From positions 1,248,001 through 1,312,000 of the forward strand of contig CAXXLL010000003.1 in NCBI GenBank assembly GCA_963662545.2: a stretch of DNA of 64,000 nucleotides. Reading direction: 5' to 3'. Numbering within the stretch: position 1 is the stretch's first letter; each line of letters starts with the position of its first letter. The DNA is from Gammaproteobacteria bacterium. Its GTDB lineage: Bacteria > Pseudomonadota > Gammaproteobacteria > Ga0077536. Both the position numbers and the translations under genes were made by a program. Below are positions 1 to 10,461 of the stretch, piece after piece. The notes below the pieces were generated by a model, which saw nothing but the letters and a program-made list of their open reading frames with translations, ran no database searches and had not been told where the DNA came from.

Positions 1-1
1 C

Positions 2-1399
2 ACGCGTATCGCCGGGTCGCTGACCGACATCAGCGACCGTAAGAGCGCTGAAGCGATGCTCATTCATGAAGCGCTGCACGACCCCTTGACCGGCTTGCCG
101 AACCGTAATTTGTTTCTCGACCGACTCGATCTCGCGTGCAAGCAGTTCAAGCGTGATCACCGGCGGACGTTCGGTGTGTTATTTATGGATCTCGATCGAT
201 TCAAAAGCATTAACGACCGTCTGGGGCACTCCGCGGGGGACGCGCTGCTGATCGAATTCGGCAAGCGTCTCAGCATGTTTCTGCGGCCCGGCGATTCAGT
301 CGCCCGTCTCGGCGGTGATGAGTTCGCGATTCTCCTCATGGAAATCAACGGACTCAGCGAAGCCACCCTGGTCGCCGAGCGCGTGCGCGAACTCCTGTCG
401 CAAAAATTTATCATCGAGGATAAGGAACTCTTCGTGACCGCCAGCATCGGTATCGCGCTCAGCGATCCGAGCTACGAACGACCCGAAGACCTGCTACGCG
501 ACGCCGATGTCGCCATGTACCGTACCAAGAATCGCCAGGCAGGATCTTACGCTGTTTTCGATAACCTCATGCACGAGACCGCGCTGCAACGACTCGAAAT
601 CGAAACCGACCTGCGTTCGGCGCTGACCAAGAATGAACTTGCGACGCATTACCAACCGATCGTGTCACTGGATCAGATGCGCGTGATCGGATTCGAAGCA
701 CTCTTGCGCTGGTTCCACCCCGTCCGCGGCCTCATTGCGCCCGACGACTTCATTCCCCTCGCCGAGGAAAACGGCATGATCGGACCGATCAGCTGGTGGG
801 TTATGCGCGACGCCTGCCGGCAGATGCGCGCGTGGCAAACCAGCGATCCGGTGCTCGAAGATCTTTCGATCAGCGTCAACGTTTCGACGCGACTCTTCTC
901 CGAACCGGACTTCGAGACCCATACCGCGGCCATCCTGGAGGAAACGGGCTTGCCCGCGCATTTGCTGCACCTCGAGATCACCGAAAACGCCTTGCTCGAT
1001 CACAAGGAAGAAACCATCAGAATACTGAACGCCCTCAAGGACATTGGCGTCAAACTGCACCTCGACGACTTCGGAACGGGTTATTCGTCGTTGAGCTACC
1101 TCAATCTCTTCTCCTACGACACGCTCAAGATCGACCGCTGCTTCGTTTCGCCCAGCAATGGCACCATTCAGGACGGGCGGATTATCGACGCCCTGATCAG
1201 TCTCGGCCACGCCCTCGATATGGAAGTAATCGCAGAGGGCGTCGAGACCCAGGAACAGGCGCAACGCCTGCGCGAGCTCGACTGCCACATCGCCCAGGGA
1301 TACTGGTTCTCGAAACCCCTGTCCTCTGATTCGGCCGGGGAGCTGCTCGTACGCGAAAAAGGATTGGCGAAAAGCTCGATCAAATCGCTGACGAATTAA
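2..1399 (+). CDS. PAS/PAC-GGDEF-EAL diguanylate cyclase/phosphodiesterase (5' truncated by window edge)
   Basis: HDPLTGLPNR, RLGGDEF, GFEALLRW and LDDFGTGYSSL motifs; frame stays open upstream of 56 (TRIAGSLTDISDRK, the end of a PAC motif). Confidence 0.95.
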   Translation, partial: TRIAGSLTDISDRKSAEAMLIHEALHDPLTGLPNRNLFLDRLDLACKQFKRDHRRTFGVLFMDLDRFKSINDRLGHSAGDALLIEFGKRLSMFLRPGDSVARLGGDEFAILLMEINGLSEATLVAERVRELLSQKFIIEDKELFVTASIGIALSDPSYERPEDLLRDADVAMYRTKNRQAGSYAVFDNLMHETALQRLEIETDLRSALTKNELATHYQPIVSLDQMRVIGFEALLRWFHPVRGLIAPDDFIPLAEENGMIGPISWWVMRDACRQMRAWQTSDPVLEDLSISVNVSTRLFSEPDFETHTAAILEETGLPAHLLHLEITENALLDHKEETIRILNALKDIGVKLHLDDFGTGYSSLSYLNLFSYDTLKIDRCFVSPSNGTIQDGRIIDALISLGHALDMEVIAEGVETQEQAQRLRELDCHIAQGYWFSKPLSSDSAGELLVREKGLAKSSIKSLTN

Positions 1400-1415
1400 C
1401 CGCCCGTCACGCTCC

Positions 1416-1478
1416 CGTAGAAGCGCGCTTGCGGGCGAATCTTTCCGGAGATTCACTCGCCCGCAAGCGGGCTCCTAC
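1416..1478. repeat. Inverted pair of GTAG-type REP elements
   Basis: GTAGAAGCGCGCTTGCGGGCGAAT followed by its near reverse complement TCGCCCGCAAGCGGGCTCCTAC; related copies near 5686, 5837, 9176, 47472, 58166 and 63188. Confidence 0.75.
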
Positions 1479-1590
1479 GACAGGCGATTCTGCCGGCGGG
1501 TAGAGGAAAACCGCTTGACCGCGTTCGATCTTGGCGCGCAGATCCGACGCGACCGAAAGCGGTGACGCGTAATCTTGCTATCCTAATCAC

Positions 1591-2514
1591 ATGCCCGACC
1601 GCCGCACCTTGCTCAAGGCAACCGCGGGCATCGCCATGATGCCACGCGCCGTGCTCGCCGAGACATTCGAGGCGCTCACGCTCCCAGAGACCGCACTGCG
1701 TATCATCCCCGCGACCGGTGAGAAAATTCCTTCCGTCGGTATGGGCTCATGGCTTACCTTCGACGTCGGCAGTTCCGCGCACGAGCGCAAAGTGCGGGTG
1801 AAAGTACTGCAGGCCTTCTTCGAACGCGGCGGCGGACTCATCGACTCCTCCCCCATGTACGGCACTTCACAAGAGATCATCGGGCATTGTCTTCAAGAAC
1901 TCGGCGAGACTCCCACCCTCTTCGCCGCGACCAAGGTGTGGATCCCGGGCCGCTGGTTGGGCGTCAAACAGATGGAGCACGCGCAGGGATTGTGGGGGGT
2001 GCCGCGCTTCGACCTGCTGCAAGTCCACAACCTGATCGACTGGGACACGCACCTCGGTACCTTGAAGGAATGGAAGGCCGCAGGGCGCGTGCGTTATATC
2101 GGGGTGACCACCTCGCATGGCCGACGCCACGATGAATTAGAAAAGATTATGCGCACCGAGCCCATCGATTTCGTCCAGTTGACCTACAACATCGTCGATC
2201 GCGAAGCCGAAAATCGGCTCCTGCCCTTGGCGCGGGATCGGGGGATCGCCATCATCGCCAATCGCCCCTTTCAGCGCAGCCGCCTGTTCGATCCGGTCCG
2301 CGGGCAAGCACTGCCGTCCTGGGCGCGTGACATCGACTGCGCCAATTGGGCGCAATTATTTCTGAAATTCACCGTTTCGCATCCGGCGGTGACCTGCGCG
2401 ATCCCTGCAACCAGCAAGGTCGAACACATGATCGAGAACATGGGGGCGCTAGAAGGCCGCATGCCGAATGCGGCGCAGCGCCTGGCGATGGCCGTCCACT
2501 ACGCGTCGCTATGA
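1591..2514 (+). CDS. Aldo/keto reductase with twin-arginine signal
   Basis: MPDRRTLLK leader; IDSSPMYG, ATKV, DLLQVHN, GRVRYIGVT and AIPATSK motifs. Confidence 0.9.
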   Translation: MPDRRTLLKATAGIAMMPRAVLAETFEALTLPETALRIIPATGEKIPSVGMGSWLTFDVGSSAHERKVRVKVLQAFFERGGGLIDSSPMYGTSQEIIGHCLQELGETPTLFAATKVWIPGRWLGVKQMEHAQGLWGVPRFDLLQVHNLIDWDTHLGTLKEWKAAGRVRYIGVTTSHGRRHDELEKIMRTEPIDFVQLTYNIVDREAENRLLPLARDRGIAIIANRPFQRSRLFDPVRGQALPSWARDIDCANWAQLFLKFTVSHPAVTCAIPATSKVEHMIENMGALEGRMPNAAQRLAMAVHYASL

Positions 2515-3590
2515 ACGCGCCGGCACCTCCCCAGCGCAAGATCGTTCATGTCGACATGGACGCCTTCTACGCGTCGGTCGAACAGCGCGACCGCCCGGAG
2601 CTTCGCGGGCGCCCCGTGATCGTAGCCTGGCGCGCCAAGCGCTCGGTGGTCTGCGCGGCTTCCTACGAAGCGCGGTCGTTCGGCGTGCATTCGGCCATGC
2701 CCGCGGCCCGTGCCGAGCGCCTCTGCCCCGACGGCGTCTTTATTGCACCCGACTTCACGCGTTATCGTGCGGTCTCGGCGCAGGTGCGCACGATCTTCCG
2801 GCGCTATACCGATCGGGTCGAACCTTTGTCCCTCGATGAGGCCTATCTCGACGTCACCCGGAACAAGCCGGGGATCCCGACGGCGACCGACGTCGCTCGG
2901 CGCATCCGCGCCGAAATCAAAGCCGAGACCCAACTCATCGCCTCGGCCGGGGTAGCGCCTAACAAGTTCCTGGCGAAGATCGCCTCGGACTGGCGCAAGC
3001 CCGACGGGCTCTTCGTGATCCGCCCCCACGAAGTGGACGCCTTCTTAAGCCCCCTGCCCGTACGCAAGCTCCCGGGCGTTGGGCGGGCGACCGCGAGTTC
3101 GCTCGACGAACTCAGCATCGAGACGGTCAATGACCTGCGCGAACGGCCCCTCGAAGAGTTGCTCGTGCGCTTCGGCAAATTCGGCCGACGGCTATTCGAG
3201 CTCGCCCGTGGCATCGATCATAATGCCGTCAGGTCGCACCGGCCCCGTAAATCGCTGTCGGCGGAGACGACCTTCGACAACGACCGTCTATTGAGCGACC
3301 TTCCACCCGTGATCGAAGCGCTTGCCGAGCGCGTGTGGCGCCAGCACGAACCCGGAGCACACCGCGCGCATACCGTGGTAATTAAGCTCAAGACCAGCGA
3401 TTTCCGCATCATCACGCGGAGCAAAACGCCCGAGTCGCCGCCAGACTCACTCGGCGATCTGAACGCGACCGCACTCGCGCTGCTCGCGAGAGTCGACCTG
3501 CCTGAGCGGACCCGCTACCGGCTGGCCGGCGTCGGCTTGTCCAACTTTCGTGAACCCGAGGAGGCCGCGCTACAACCGCAGTTGTTCTAA
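2511..3590 (+). CDS. dinB: DNA polymerase IV (Y family)
   Basis: RKIVHVDMDAFYASVEQRD, SLDEAYLD, NKFLAKIASDWRKPDG; ATG at 2511 overlaps the upstream stop (ATGA). Confidence 0.95.
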   Translation: MNAPAPPQRKIVHVDMDAFYASVEQRDRPELRGRPVIVAWRAKRSVVCAASYEARSFGVHSAMPAARAERLCPDGVFIAPDFTRYRAVSAQVRTIFRRYTDRVEPLSLDEAYLDVTRNKPGIPTATDVARRIRAEIKAETQLIASAGVAPNKFLAKIASDWRKPDGLFVIRPHEVDAFLSPLPVRKLPGVGRATASSLDELSIETVNDLRERPLEELLVRFGKFGRRLFELARGIDHNAVRSHRPRKSLSAETTFDNDRLLSDLPPVIEALAERVWRQHEPGAHRAHTVVIKLKTSDFRIITRSKTPESPPDSLGDLNATALALLARVDLPERTRYRLAGVGLSNFREPEEAALQPQLF

Positions 3591-3612
3591 TACGCGTAGA
3601 ATTTCGATTTCA

Positions 3613-4389
3613 TCAAGATCCCGCCAGCAAGTCCGCGGCCGGCGCCGCGGCGAGCGGGATGAATTCGCGCGACGCGAAGTGATCCGGTCGGGTCGGGCGG
3701 CGGATAGCGTTGTCGAGCCGGTTGTAGCTCAGGTAGATCAGATTACGCGGCCACGGTGAAAGGTTGGGACCGGAGGCATGCGCCGTGCAACAATCGAAGA
3801 TGACCGCAGAGCCGGCCGGCCCCTTGGGCGCGACGATGCCGTAGCGCGCTGCCAACGCCGCGACGCTGCGCGCGGGCAGGCTGGGAATCGGTGTCGTGCC
3901 CGGAACCTCCAGGATCTCGAAATCGATCAGGCCGCCGGTGTGCGACCCGGGGATATAGACGATCGGACCGTTGAATTCGGTCACTTCGTCGAGGTAGATG
4001 CCGATGCTCAACGCCCTTGGCTCCGGCATGCCGTCGTGGTGCAGCCACGGCCCGTAGTCCTGATGCCACGGCAGGGACAGCTTGCCCAGGGGATGCTTGA
4101 GAATAATCTTGTACTGGTGGCAATAAAGGGGCGCGCCCAGCAATTGTTCCGCGTGGCCGAGCAGGCGTTCGTCGCAGAGCAAGCGCTGGTAAAGATCGCT
4201 CACCCGATCCATCGCCGTAGTGCCCAGGAACTCCCCGCTCTCAGCCTTCAAGTGTGAATCGAGTTCGAGGGTCAGGATGCGTTCCTGCTCGGCTTTTAGC
4301 GCCGTGACTTCACGCGGCTCGAACAACGCGGGGAAAAACCACAGGCCGTCCTTTTTGTATCGCTCGAGTTGCTCTTTATCGAGTGGCAC
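3613..4389 (-). CDS. Fe(II)/2-oxoglutarate dioxygenase, PhyH family
   Basis: WHQD...HASGPN..R facial triad; NGPIVYIPGSH. Confidence 0.9.
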   Translation of the reverse strand: MPLDKEQLERYKKDGLWFFPALFEPREVTALKAEQERILTLELDSHLKAESGEFLGTTAMDRVSDLYQRLLCDERLLGHAEQLLGAPLYCHQYKIILKHPLGKLSLPWHQDYGPWLHHDGMPEPRALSIGIYLDEVTEFNGPIVYIPGSHTGGLIDFEILEVPGTTPIPSLPARSVAALAARYGIVAPKGPAGSAVIFDCCTAHASGPNLSPWPRNLIYLSYNRLDNAIRRPTRPDHFASREFIPLAAAPAADLLAGS

Positions 4390-4431
4390 AGCCTGGCAGC
4401 CCGTCGGACGTATTGTGCTGAGGCTCCGCCT

Positions 4432-5625
4432 TCAGCCGGCCGCGGCCTTGAGCAGTTCGGCCGCGATGATCAGCTGGCGCACCTGGTTGGTGCCGGCGCC
4501 GATCTCCATGACCTTACCGCTGCGATAAAGGCGATTGGCCTCGGTCTCGATCATGAAGCCCATGCCGCCATGGATCTGCACGGCGTTGTCCAGGACCCGC
4601 ATGGTCGACCGTCCCGCGTGCAGCAGCACGGCGGCCGATCGTTTGTGCACGGCGCCGCGCCCACCTTCGCCGGCTTCGAGATTGACGATCTCGCGCCCTA
4701 GTTGATAGGTCAAAGCGCGCATGGTTTCGACGTCGGTATACATGTCGGCGAGCATGGCCTGCACCATCTGGAAGTCGCCGATCGGACGGTCGAACTGCTT
4801 GCGCACGGTCGCGTATTCGACCGCGAGGTCCAGGGCGCGCTGCGCGAGGCCGAGCGAGTAGAAGGCGGCGATAACCCGCTCGATGTCGAGCCCGCTCATC
4901 ATGATGATGTGGCCGGTATTTTCCTCGCCGACGAGATTACCCGCCGGGACCCGGCAATCGTCGAAAACGAGTTCTCCGGTGGGACTGCCGCGCCAGCCCA
5001 TCTTGTCGAGTTTCTGCGCGACGCTGAACCCCTCGAAAGTGTTCTCGACGATGAAGGCCGAGATCCCGTGCTGTTTGCGCGCCAGATCGGTCTTGGCATA
5101 CACCAGCAGTACGTCGGCGACGGGGCCGTTGGTGATGAACAGCTTGCGGCCGTTCAGTACAAAATCGTCGCCGTCGCGCCGCGCCGTGGTGGCCATGCTG
5201 CCCAGTGCATCCGAACCGGCACCCGGCTCGGTCATGCCGAGCGCGCCGATCGCGCTGCCGTCGCAGAAACGCGGCAGGTATTCGCGCTTTTGATCCTCGC
5301 TGGCATTGCGCACGAGGTTGTTGATACAAAGGTTCTCGCTCGCGAGCAGCGACGCCGAGAAAGTGTGGTTCCAGTACGCGATCGCTTCGCATATGAAGCA
5401 CTGCGCGAGCACGTCCATGCCGGCCCCGCCGTATTCCTCCGGCACGGTGGTGCCGAGCAGGCCCTGCTTCCCAAGCGCGCGGAATTCATCCTCGGGAAAC
5501 CAGTCTTCCTGGTCCATCTTTACGCACAACTCGTAAAGCTCTTCGCGTGCGTAGCGGTAGGCCATGTCGTAAACGGCCTGGTATTCGGTCTCGAAGCCGA
5601 ATTGCTGAAGATCGGGAATACTCAT
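4432..5625 (-). CDS. Acyl-CoA dehydrogenase (isovaleryl-CoA dehydrogenase-like)
   Basis: GALGMTEPGAGSD, LNGRKLFITNG, KLDKMGWRGSPTGEL, QIHGGMG, EIGAGTNQV; start placed at MSIPDLQQ. Confidence 0.92.
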   Translation of the reverse strand: MSIPDLQQFGFETEYQAVYDMAYRYAREELYELCVKMDQEDWFPEDEFRALGKQGLLGTTVPEEYGGAGMDVLAQCFICEAIAYWNHTFSASLLASENLCINNLVRNASEDQKREYLPRFCDGSAIGALGMTEPGAGSDALGSMATTARRDGDDFVLNGRKLFITNGPVADVLLVYAKTDLARKQHGISAFIVENTFEGFSVAQKLDKMGWRGSPTGELVFDDCRVPAGNLVGEENTGHIIMMSGLDIERVIAAFYSLGLAQRALDLAVEYATVRKQFDRPIGDFQMVQAMLADMYTDVETMRALTYQLGREIVNLEAGEGGRGAVHKRSAAVLLHAGRSTMRVLDNAVQIHGGMGFMIETEANRLYRSGKVMEIGAGTNQVRQLIIAAELLKAAAG

Positions 5626-5722
5626 GATTCGATTCTCTTGATATCGGTGTTCGAATATCGTTTCAAAATGTGAGGCAGCTTTTTGTTCGCCCGCAAGCGG
5701 ACTTCTGATCAATCACTCAGTA

Positions 5723-5835
5723 CCTGCCATCCATGGCGGTACCTAACGGTCTTCATTTAACCCCAGCCCGGCCATCCATGGCCGGGCGCTCACCGGGAGA
5801 AAGCCACGTTAAGTGGCTGAGGCGGTTTTTCCGGC
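5723..5835 (+). repeat. Double-hairpin dispersed repeat
   Basis: CCTGCCATCCATGG...CCCCAGCCCGGCCATCCATGGCCGGGC...GGAGAAAGCCACGTTAAGTGGCT; homologous to 51276-51545 and 26093-26160. Confidence 0.8.
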
Positions 5836-5891
5836 TCGCCCGCTTGCGGGCGAATCATACTGACACCTCGTCATCAGAAATGCTGAGGCGG

Positions 5892-7515
5892 TCACTGCGC
5901 AAGCTCGAAGTAGTTCAAACCCTCCGCATTCGACACCGACACCGCGGTACCGATGACCTCGTCACGAAACAGCAATTCGAGCGCCATCGCGTCACCGGGT
6001 TTCACCAAGGCGAGGAAACGCGCGGCGTCATCCTCACGACGCCCGACGATAAATCCAAATGCCGGAACACCGCGACGATAGATTGCCGCGTAGCTCTCGA
6101 TGCGGCCGCGACCCGCCATTTCCTCGACGACCTGCACCGAATCCTCGGCCTTCACACGGCGCTGCTCGGCCGCGCTCGACATCGAGCGCCAAGGCGATTG
6201 CAGGTGGCCTGAGTATATGCCGACCGAATGCTTGGACAGGTAACCACCGTTGGCCACGACAATGCCGCGGGTGTCCGGATCGGCGCGGATGCGTTCGACC
6301 ATCTCGGCGATGGCGTGCATGCTGTAGTTACTGCCCGGCCCGCCGAAATACGGTAGTCCGCCGGTCAGGGTCAGCGGCGGCGAGTCCGCCGGATCGATGC
6401 CGAGGATGCGCACACACGCCCAGGGTCAGCGGCGGCGAGTCCGCCGGATCGCGATGCGCACACACGCCCGAGACCGCGATGGGAAAGCAACTGTAAAGAT
6501 CGATGTGGCTCATGTCGCCAATGCTGGCGTCCGCTTCGTCTAGCGCTTTTGACACCGCTATTTCCTGAGCGAGTGAAGCCGCGAGGCGCGGGCGCCGGAC
6601 TACCGTAACGTCGTCGACGTCGGCATAGGCCACGAGGCGGACCCAGCGCGACTCGGCGATGCCAAGGTCCCGCGCGACGCCGGCCGAGGTCAAGAGCACC
6701 GCCGCGCCCTGATTCACCGCGTCCTGCGCGACCATCCATTTGGTATAAGGCTCGCAGACGGGATAGTTCTTCTTCGACACCGTCGCCAGGAATTCCGCGT
6801 CGTGCTCCACCGGGAACTGCGCGTAGGGATTGCCGGCGGACACGGCGCTGAACGGCGCGAAGAGCTTGGCGATAGTCATGCGGTAGGCGTCAAGCGACAG
6901 GCCGAGCTCGTTTCGGCGCACCTGATCGAACAGCGCGTACACGTGGATCGGAAATGCGATGCCATGGCGGAATTCGTAATCGCTTACCATCGGTTCATCG
7001 TTCCACTGATCTTCGAACTCGCCTTCGAGGTCCTCGCGCCAGTCGAGTTCGATATCGCGGCGTGTGGCGTCTCGAATCGTCGCGATGGCTTCAGCTCCCG
7101 TCAGGACGACCATCCGCGCTTCGCCGGCATGGATCTGCTCGCAAAAGTAGTTGACCATGCGCTGGGGCATTTGCCCGCCGACTTCGGCATAGATTGCGCG
7201 GCGCGGTTTGACCTTCGCGCGACGCGCGACCGACCACGGCACATTACTCGGCGACCCGAAAGGACTCGCCCACATATCGCTATCAGGCACCGAGTGTTCG
7301 AACAGGCGCATGACTGCGAGCGTATCGACGTGAGACGCAAGATCGCTGGCGTCGCTGGCATCGGCAAGCGCTCGCCGGACCGCTTCGGCTGCGATCTCAA
7401 CCGGTGACAGTATCTCGTGCGCTTCCTGCCGCTCGCGGGATACGTATTGACCGACGCCGACGATGATGGGGGAATTCGAATCCATGGAGTCAGTAATGAG
7501 TCGGGGACCCTGCAT
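5892..7515 (-). pseudogene. Thiolase-like acetyl-CoA acetyltransferase, frameshifted at an imperfect tandem duplication (6366-6468)
   Basis: N-part (PIIVGVGQ, VNQGAAVLL, DLYSCFPIAV) and C-part (LTLTGGLPYFGGPGSNYSMHAIA, ANGGYLSKHS) lie in different frames, joined by duplicated 55/48-bp segments. Confidence 0.8.
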
Positions 7516-7625
7516 GGTGCCTTTAAATTACGCTGAATTAAACGGCGTCTGTCACTCGATTACCAGTTTGCAGCCGTCGGAGCATTCACTCGAATAGGCG
7601 AAGATTGTACCCTTGCATCAACTGC

Positions 7626-9149
7626 ATGCCGGAAACTGCCGTGCCGCCCGAATCCACTGCTCCTACGCCAGGCATCTGGCGCTTCGCTCTTATGGTCTCG
7701 CTGGGTTTGATCGGTGCCGCGTATTTTCCTTTCACCCTGGGCGCCCAGTTCTCGGGTTTTCAGGTCGACGGCGCGCTTTACGTTCTGATGGCGGAATATT
7801 TTTCGCCGTTCGTACCCGCTGATCCGCTCCTCGACTACGTCAGGCAGGTAACCCATATGCCGCCGCTCTACCCGCTGCTCCTCGGCTGGGCCGGTTCTTC
7901 GGGATCCAATCTCGGGCAGGTTCATCTCGTGCAGACAATCTTTCTGATCGGGGGATTGTTAACCCTGTACCTCTTTGCCGTGGCGCTCGCTGAAGACCGT
8001 GCGACCGCCCTGCTCGTGCTGTGGGCCTTCGCGCTCCTCCCTGCAACGGTGCTCTACAGCAGCGAGATCTGGAGTGAGTTTCTTTATTTGATGCTCGCGA
8101 GTGGAGCGCTTTGTGCCGCTGCCCGAGCAGCGACGGAGCCGCGCCTGTGGTGGTGGGCGGCCGTGCTCGCCGGGCTTGCAACCGTTACTCGGGGTGTCGG
8201 GATACTCATCGTTGCAGCCCTGGTCCTCGTGGTGATCGTCCGCCGTAACCGTCACGCCTTATTGATCGGCGCGGTTGCGATCGCACCTTCGGTAATTGTC
8301 GGACTGCTCGACCTCGGCAGCGGTTCTGCCTACCTCGAGATCTATAACTACTATAGTGCAAACGGCACGGCCGGTTTGATCGATACGATGGCCGGCAATG
8401 CCAAACTGCTCGTCGCAGGCCTCGTCTCCGCTTGGGAGCCGGCGCCGCGCATGACGATAGGGATCGCCGTCATCGCGCTGTCGCCCTTTTTTCTTATGAG
8501 TTGGTGGTACCGTTTGCGGACCTTGCAGGTCGATGCCTGCTACCTACTCGCCTACATCGGCGTCCTTTTGATCTGGCCGTTTCCGCACGTGATCGCGCGG
8601 CTGGTGTACGCCGGATTACCCCTCATCATGATTTACGCCGTAGTGGGCGTCGGGAGCGTAGCGGAACACCGTCCCACGATCGATCGACGCCTCCTCTTGC
8701 GCATCCCGGCCGTCGTGCTCGTTTTGCTGGGACTGACGGGTAGCGGGCTGCTCGCCGTACGTTTCTCGACGCGCGACCTGCCCGGTGAACTCTCCGTGTA
8801 CGCCAGTAGCCGCTACTGGTTGATGCCCCCGGCACGCGATCACGCGCTCGCGGATCTGCGCTTGAAACAAGCGATGCTCGACACCCTCCAGTCAGCACCC
8901 GCGCACGTACTACCGCACGAATGCATCCATTCACATTATCCGCAGAGCGTGATGCTGCACAGCCGCCGCTTGAGCTGGCCGGCGCCAGATCCGAATCTAT
9001 CCGGAAAAACGCCGTGCCACTGGCACCTAATCCTGAGCGATGCACAGGGCCCCGCAGAGCTCGCAGCACTGATGCCCGGCTATGAAGTGATCCACATCGA
9101 ACGCGTTGGCGCCGGCGTCGCCGGAATCCTCGTTCGATATCCAGATTAA
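7626..9149 (+). CDS. Polytopic membrane glycosyltransferase (GT-C/ArnT-like)
   Basis: PPLYPLLL, WSEFLY and LATVTRGVG motifs; more than 10 hydrophobic segments; start uncertain (7605 or 7626). Confidence 0.7.
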   Translation: MPETAVPPESTAPTPGIWRFALMVSLGLIGAAYFPFTLGAQFSGFQVDGALYVLMAEYFSPFVPADPLLDYVRQVTHMPPLYPLLLGWAGSSGSNLGQVHLVQTIFLIGGLLTLYLFAVALAEDRATALLVLWAFALLPATVLYSSEIWSEFLYLMLASGALCAAARAATEPRLWWWAAVLAGLATVTRGVGILIVAALVLVVIVRRNRHALLIGAVAIAPSVIVGLLDLGSGSAYLEIYNYYSANGTAGLIDTMAGNAKLLVAGLVSAWEPAPRMTIGIAVIALSPFFLMSWWYRLRTLQVDACYLLAYIGVLLIWPFPHVIARLVYAGLPLIMIYAVVGVGSVAEHRPTIDRRLLLRIPAVVLVLLGLTGSGLLAVRFSTRDLPGELSVYASSRYWLMPPARDHALADLRLKQAMLDTLQSAPAHVLPHECIHSHYPQSVMLHSRRLSWPAPDPNLSGKTPCHWHLILSDAQGPAELAALMPGYEVIHIERVGAGVAGILVRYPD

Positions 9150-9305
9150 TAGCGTCGTTTCGCGTCAGGGTCTAGTTCGCCCGCGAGCGAGAAAACAAAG
9201 AAAAGGTGCCAGGTTTATTTAGAGCGGTTCGCTAACTACCAAAAATAAACCTGACGCCTTTTTCTCTTTCTTCGCTTCGATAAAACTGGTCACCAGCGAT
9301 TCTGG

Positions 9306-9965
9306 TTATTGTGATCTCGATAACTCGTCGGGTATGTAACTTGGAATCTCTACTTCTGGAATATTTCGCGGATCGGGCTCAGGGGCTCCAAACTGCTGCG
9401 CGATGGGAAGGACGCCTGCCCAAACTGGTGTCGAATAATCCTCTTCGTCATCGATCGGTTGCCCGGTACGTATCTTGGCCGAGGCTTCGTCGATGGGGAG
9501 TGACAATACTAACGTTGCCCGGATTTCCTTGTCATTTATCGGCCGCAGCTGATCCCAGCGGCCGGGATATAGCCCGTCCAAAAAGATTCTCAGCTTCTCC
9601 AGTTTCATCTCAGAATCGTCGATGGCTTCTGCCTTTCCGAAAATAGTCACGGAGCGAAAATTCGCGGAATGGTGAAATGCAGAACGTGCTAGAACTAATC
9701 CATCGAATAATGCGACATTTAGGCAAACGTCATTACCGTTCCCAGCTCGAATTGCGTGGGAGCCCGTAGAGCCGTGCCAAAAGACGCGGTCGCCTTCTCG
9801 CCATTGTAGCGTTGGCACAACAGCAGGTTTGCTCTCGAGTAAGTACGCCACATGACAAAATGGAGACGCGTCGAGGATTTTGTAAATGGTGTCCCGCTCA
9901 AACGAACCACGCTCACGTAATCTACTTAGTGTCGTCCGTGGGGTCGGGATCAGTTCTTTTTCCAT
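9306..9965 (-). CDS. Pyridoxamine 5'-phosphate oxidase-like FMN-binding protein (NimA-like)
   Basis: HGSTGS, DGLVLARSAFHHSANFRSV, PVWAGVLP; start may be 9995. Confidence 0.9.
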   Translation of the reverse strand: MEKELIPTPRTTLSRLRERGSFERDTIYKILDASPFCHVAYLLESKPAVVPTLQWREGDRVFWHGSTGSHAIRAGNGNDVCLNVALFDGLVLARSAFHHSANFRSVTIFGKAEAIDDSEMKLEKLRIFLDGLYPGRWDQLRPINDKEIRATLVLSLPIDEASAKIRTGQPIDDEEDYSTPVWAGVLPIAQQFGAPEPDPRNIPEVEIPSYIPDELSRSQ

Positions 9966-10086
9966 TGTTTGTAACTCCGGCAGGTTTTGGAACATTGTGC
10001 CAGAAGAACCGGTTCGCTAAATGCTTCGCCCACGAACGAATTGGGTGTCAGGGTTTGCCTTTTGCTGTCGATGTCGCCTTTGGGTC

Positions 10087-10246
10087 CAGACTGTGTGAAA
10101 ACTCAAAAATACGACGACGAAATAAAAATATTCCCCACCAGCATAGTTGTTATGCCCCTCGAATAGGGATCGGCATTTCAATTAGATCCAATTTCGAGGG
10201 TAGTTCCCCCACTTTTGAAAAATGAAAATAGTTTTCACACAGTCTG
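10087..10246. mobile_element. IS1182-type MITE (160 bp)
   Basis: TIRs CAGACTGTGTGAAAACT / AGTTTTCACACAGTCTG, nearly identical to the IS at 14223-15907; GGTC direct repeat on both sides; no ORF. Confidence 0.88.
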
Positions 10247-10461
10247 GGTCGTCAGCGGCCTCGTTGCAGTAGCGCGACACCGCTTTAGATTACGTCTGCA
10301 ATCCTCTCCATAGCGGTCGTCGGGATGCTTCAAACGTTAAGTCGAGGGGGTACGAGGGCTCTCGACCATTAGGCGACCTTCTCCAGAATCTCGCGCTCAT
10401 ATATTCTGACTGTTAGCTGGGCTCCAGACACCATTTACAACAACGAATCTAGGATTTAGGT

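Noticed and set aside
3613-4389. ectD (ectoine hydroxylase) call
   Set aside because: Signature reads WHQDYGPWLHHDGMP rather than WHSDFETWHxEDGMP, and no ectABC genes are nearby.
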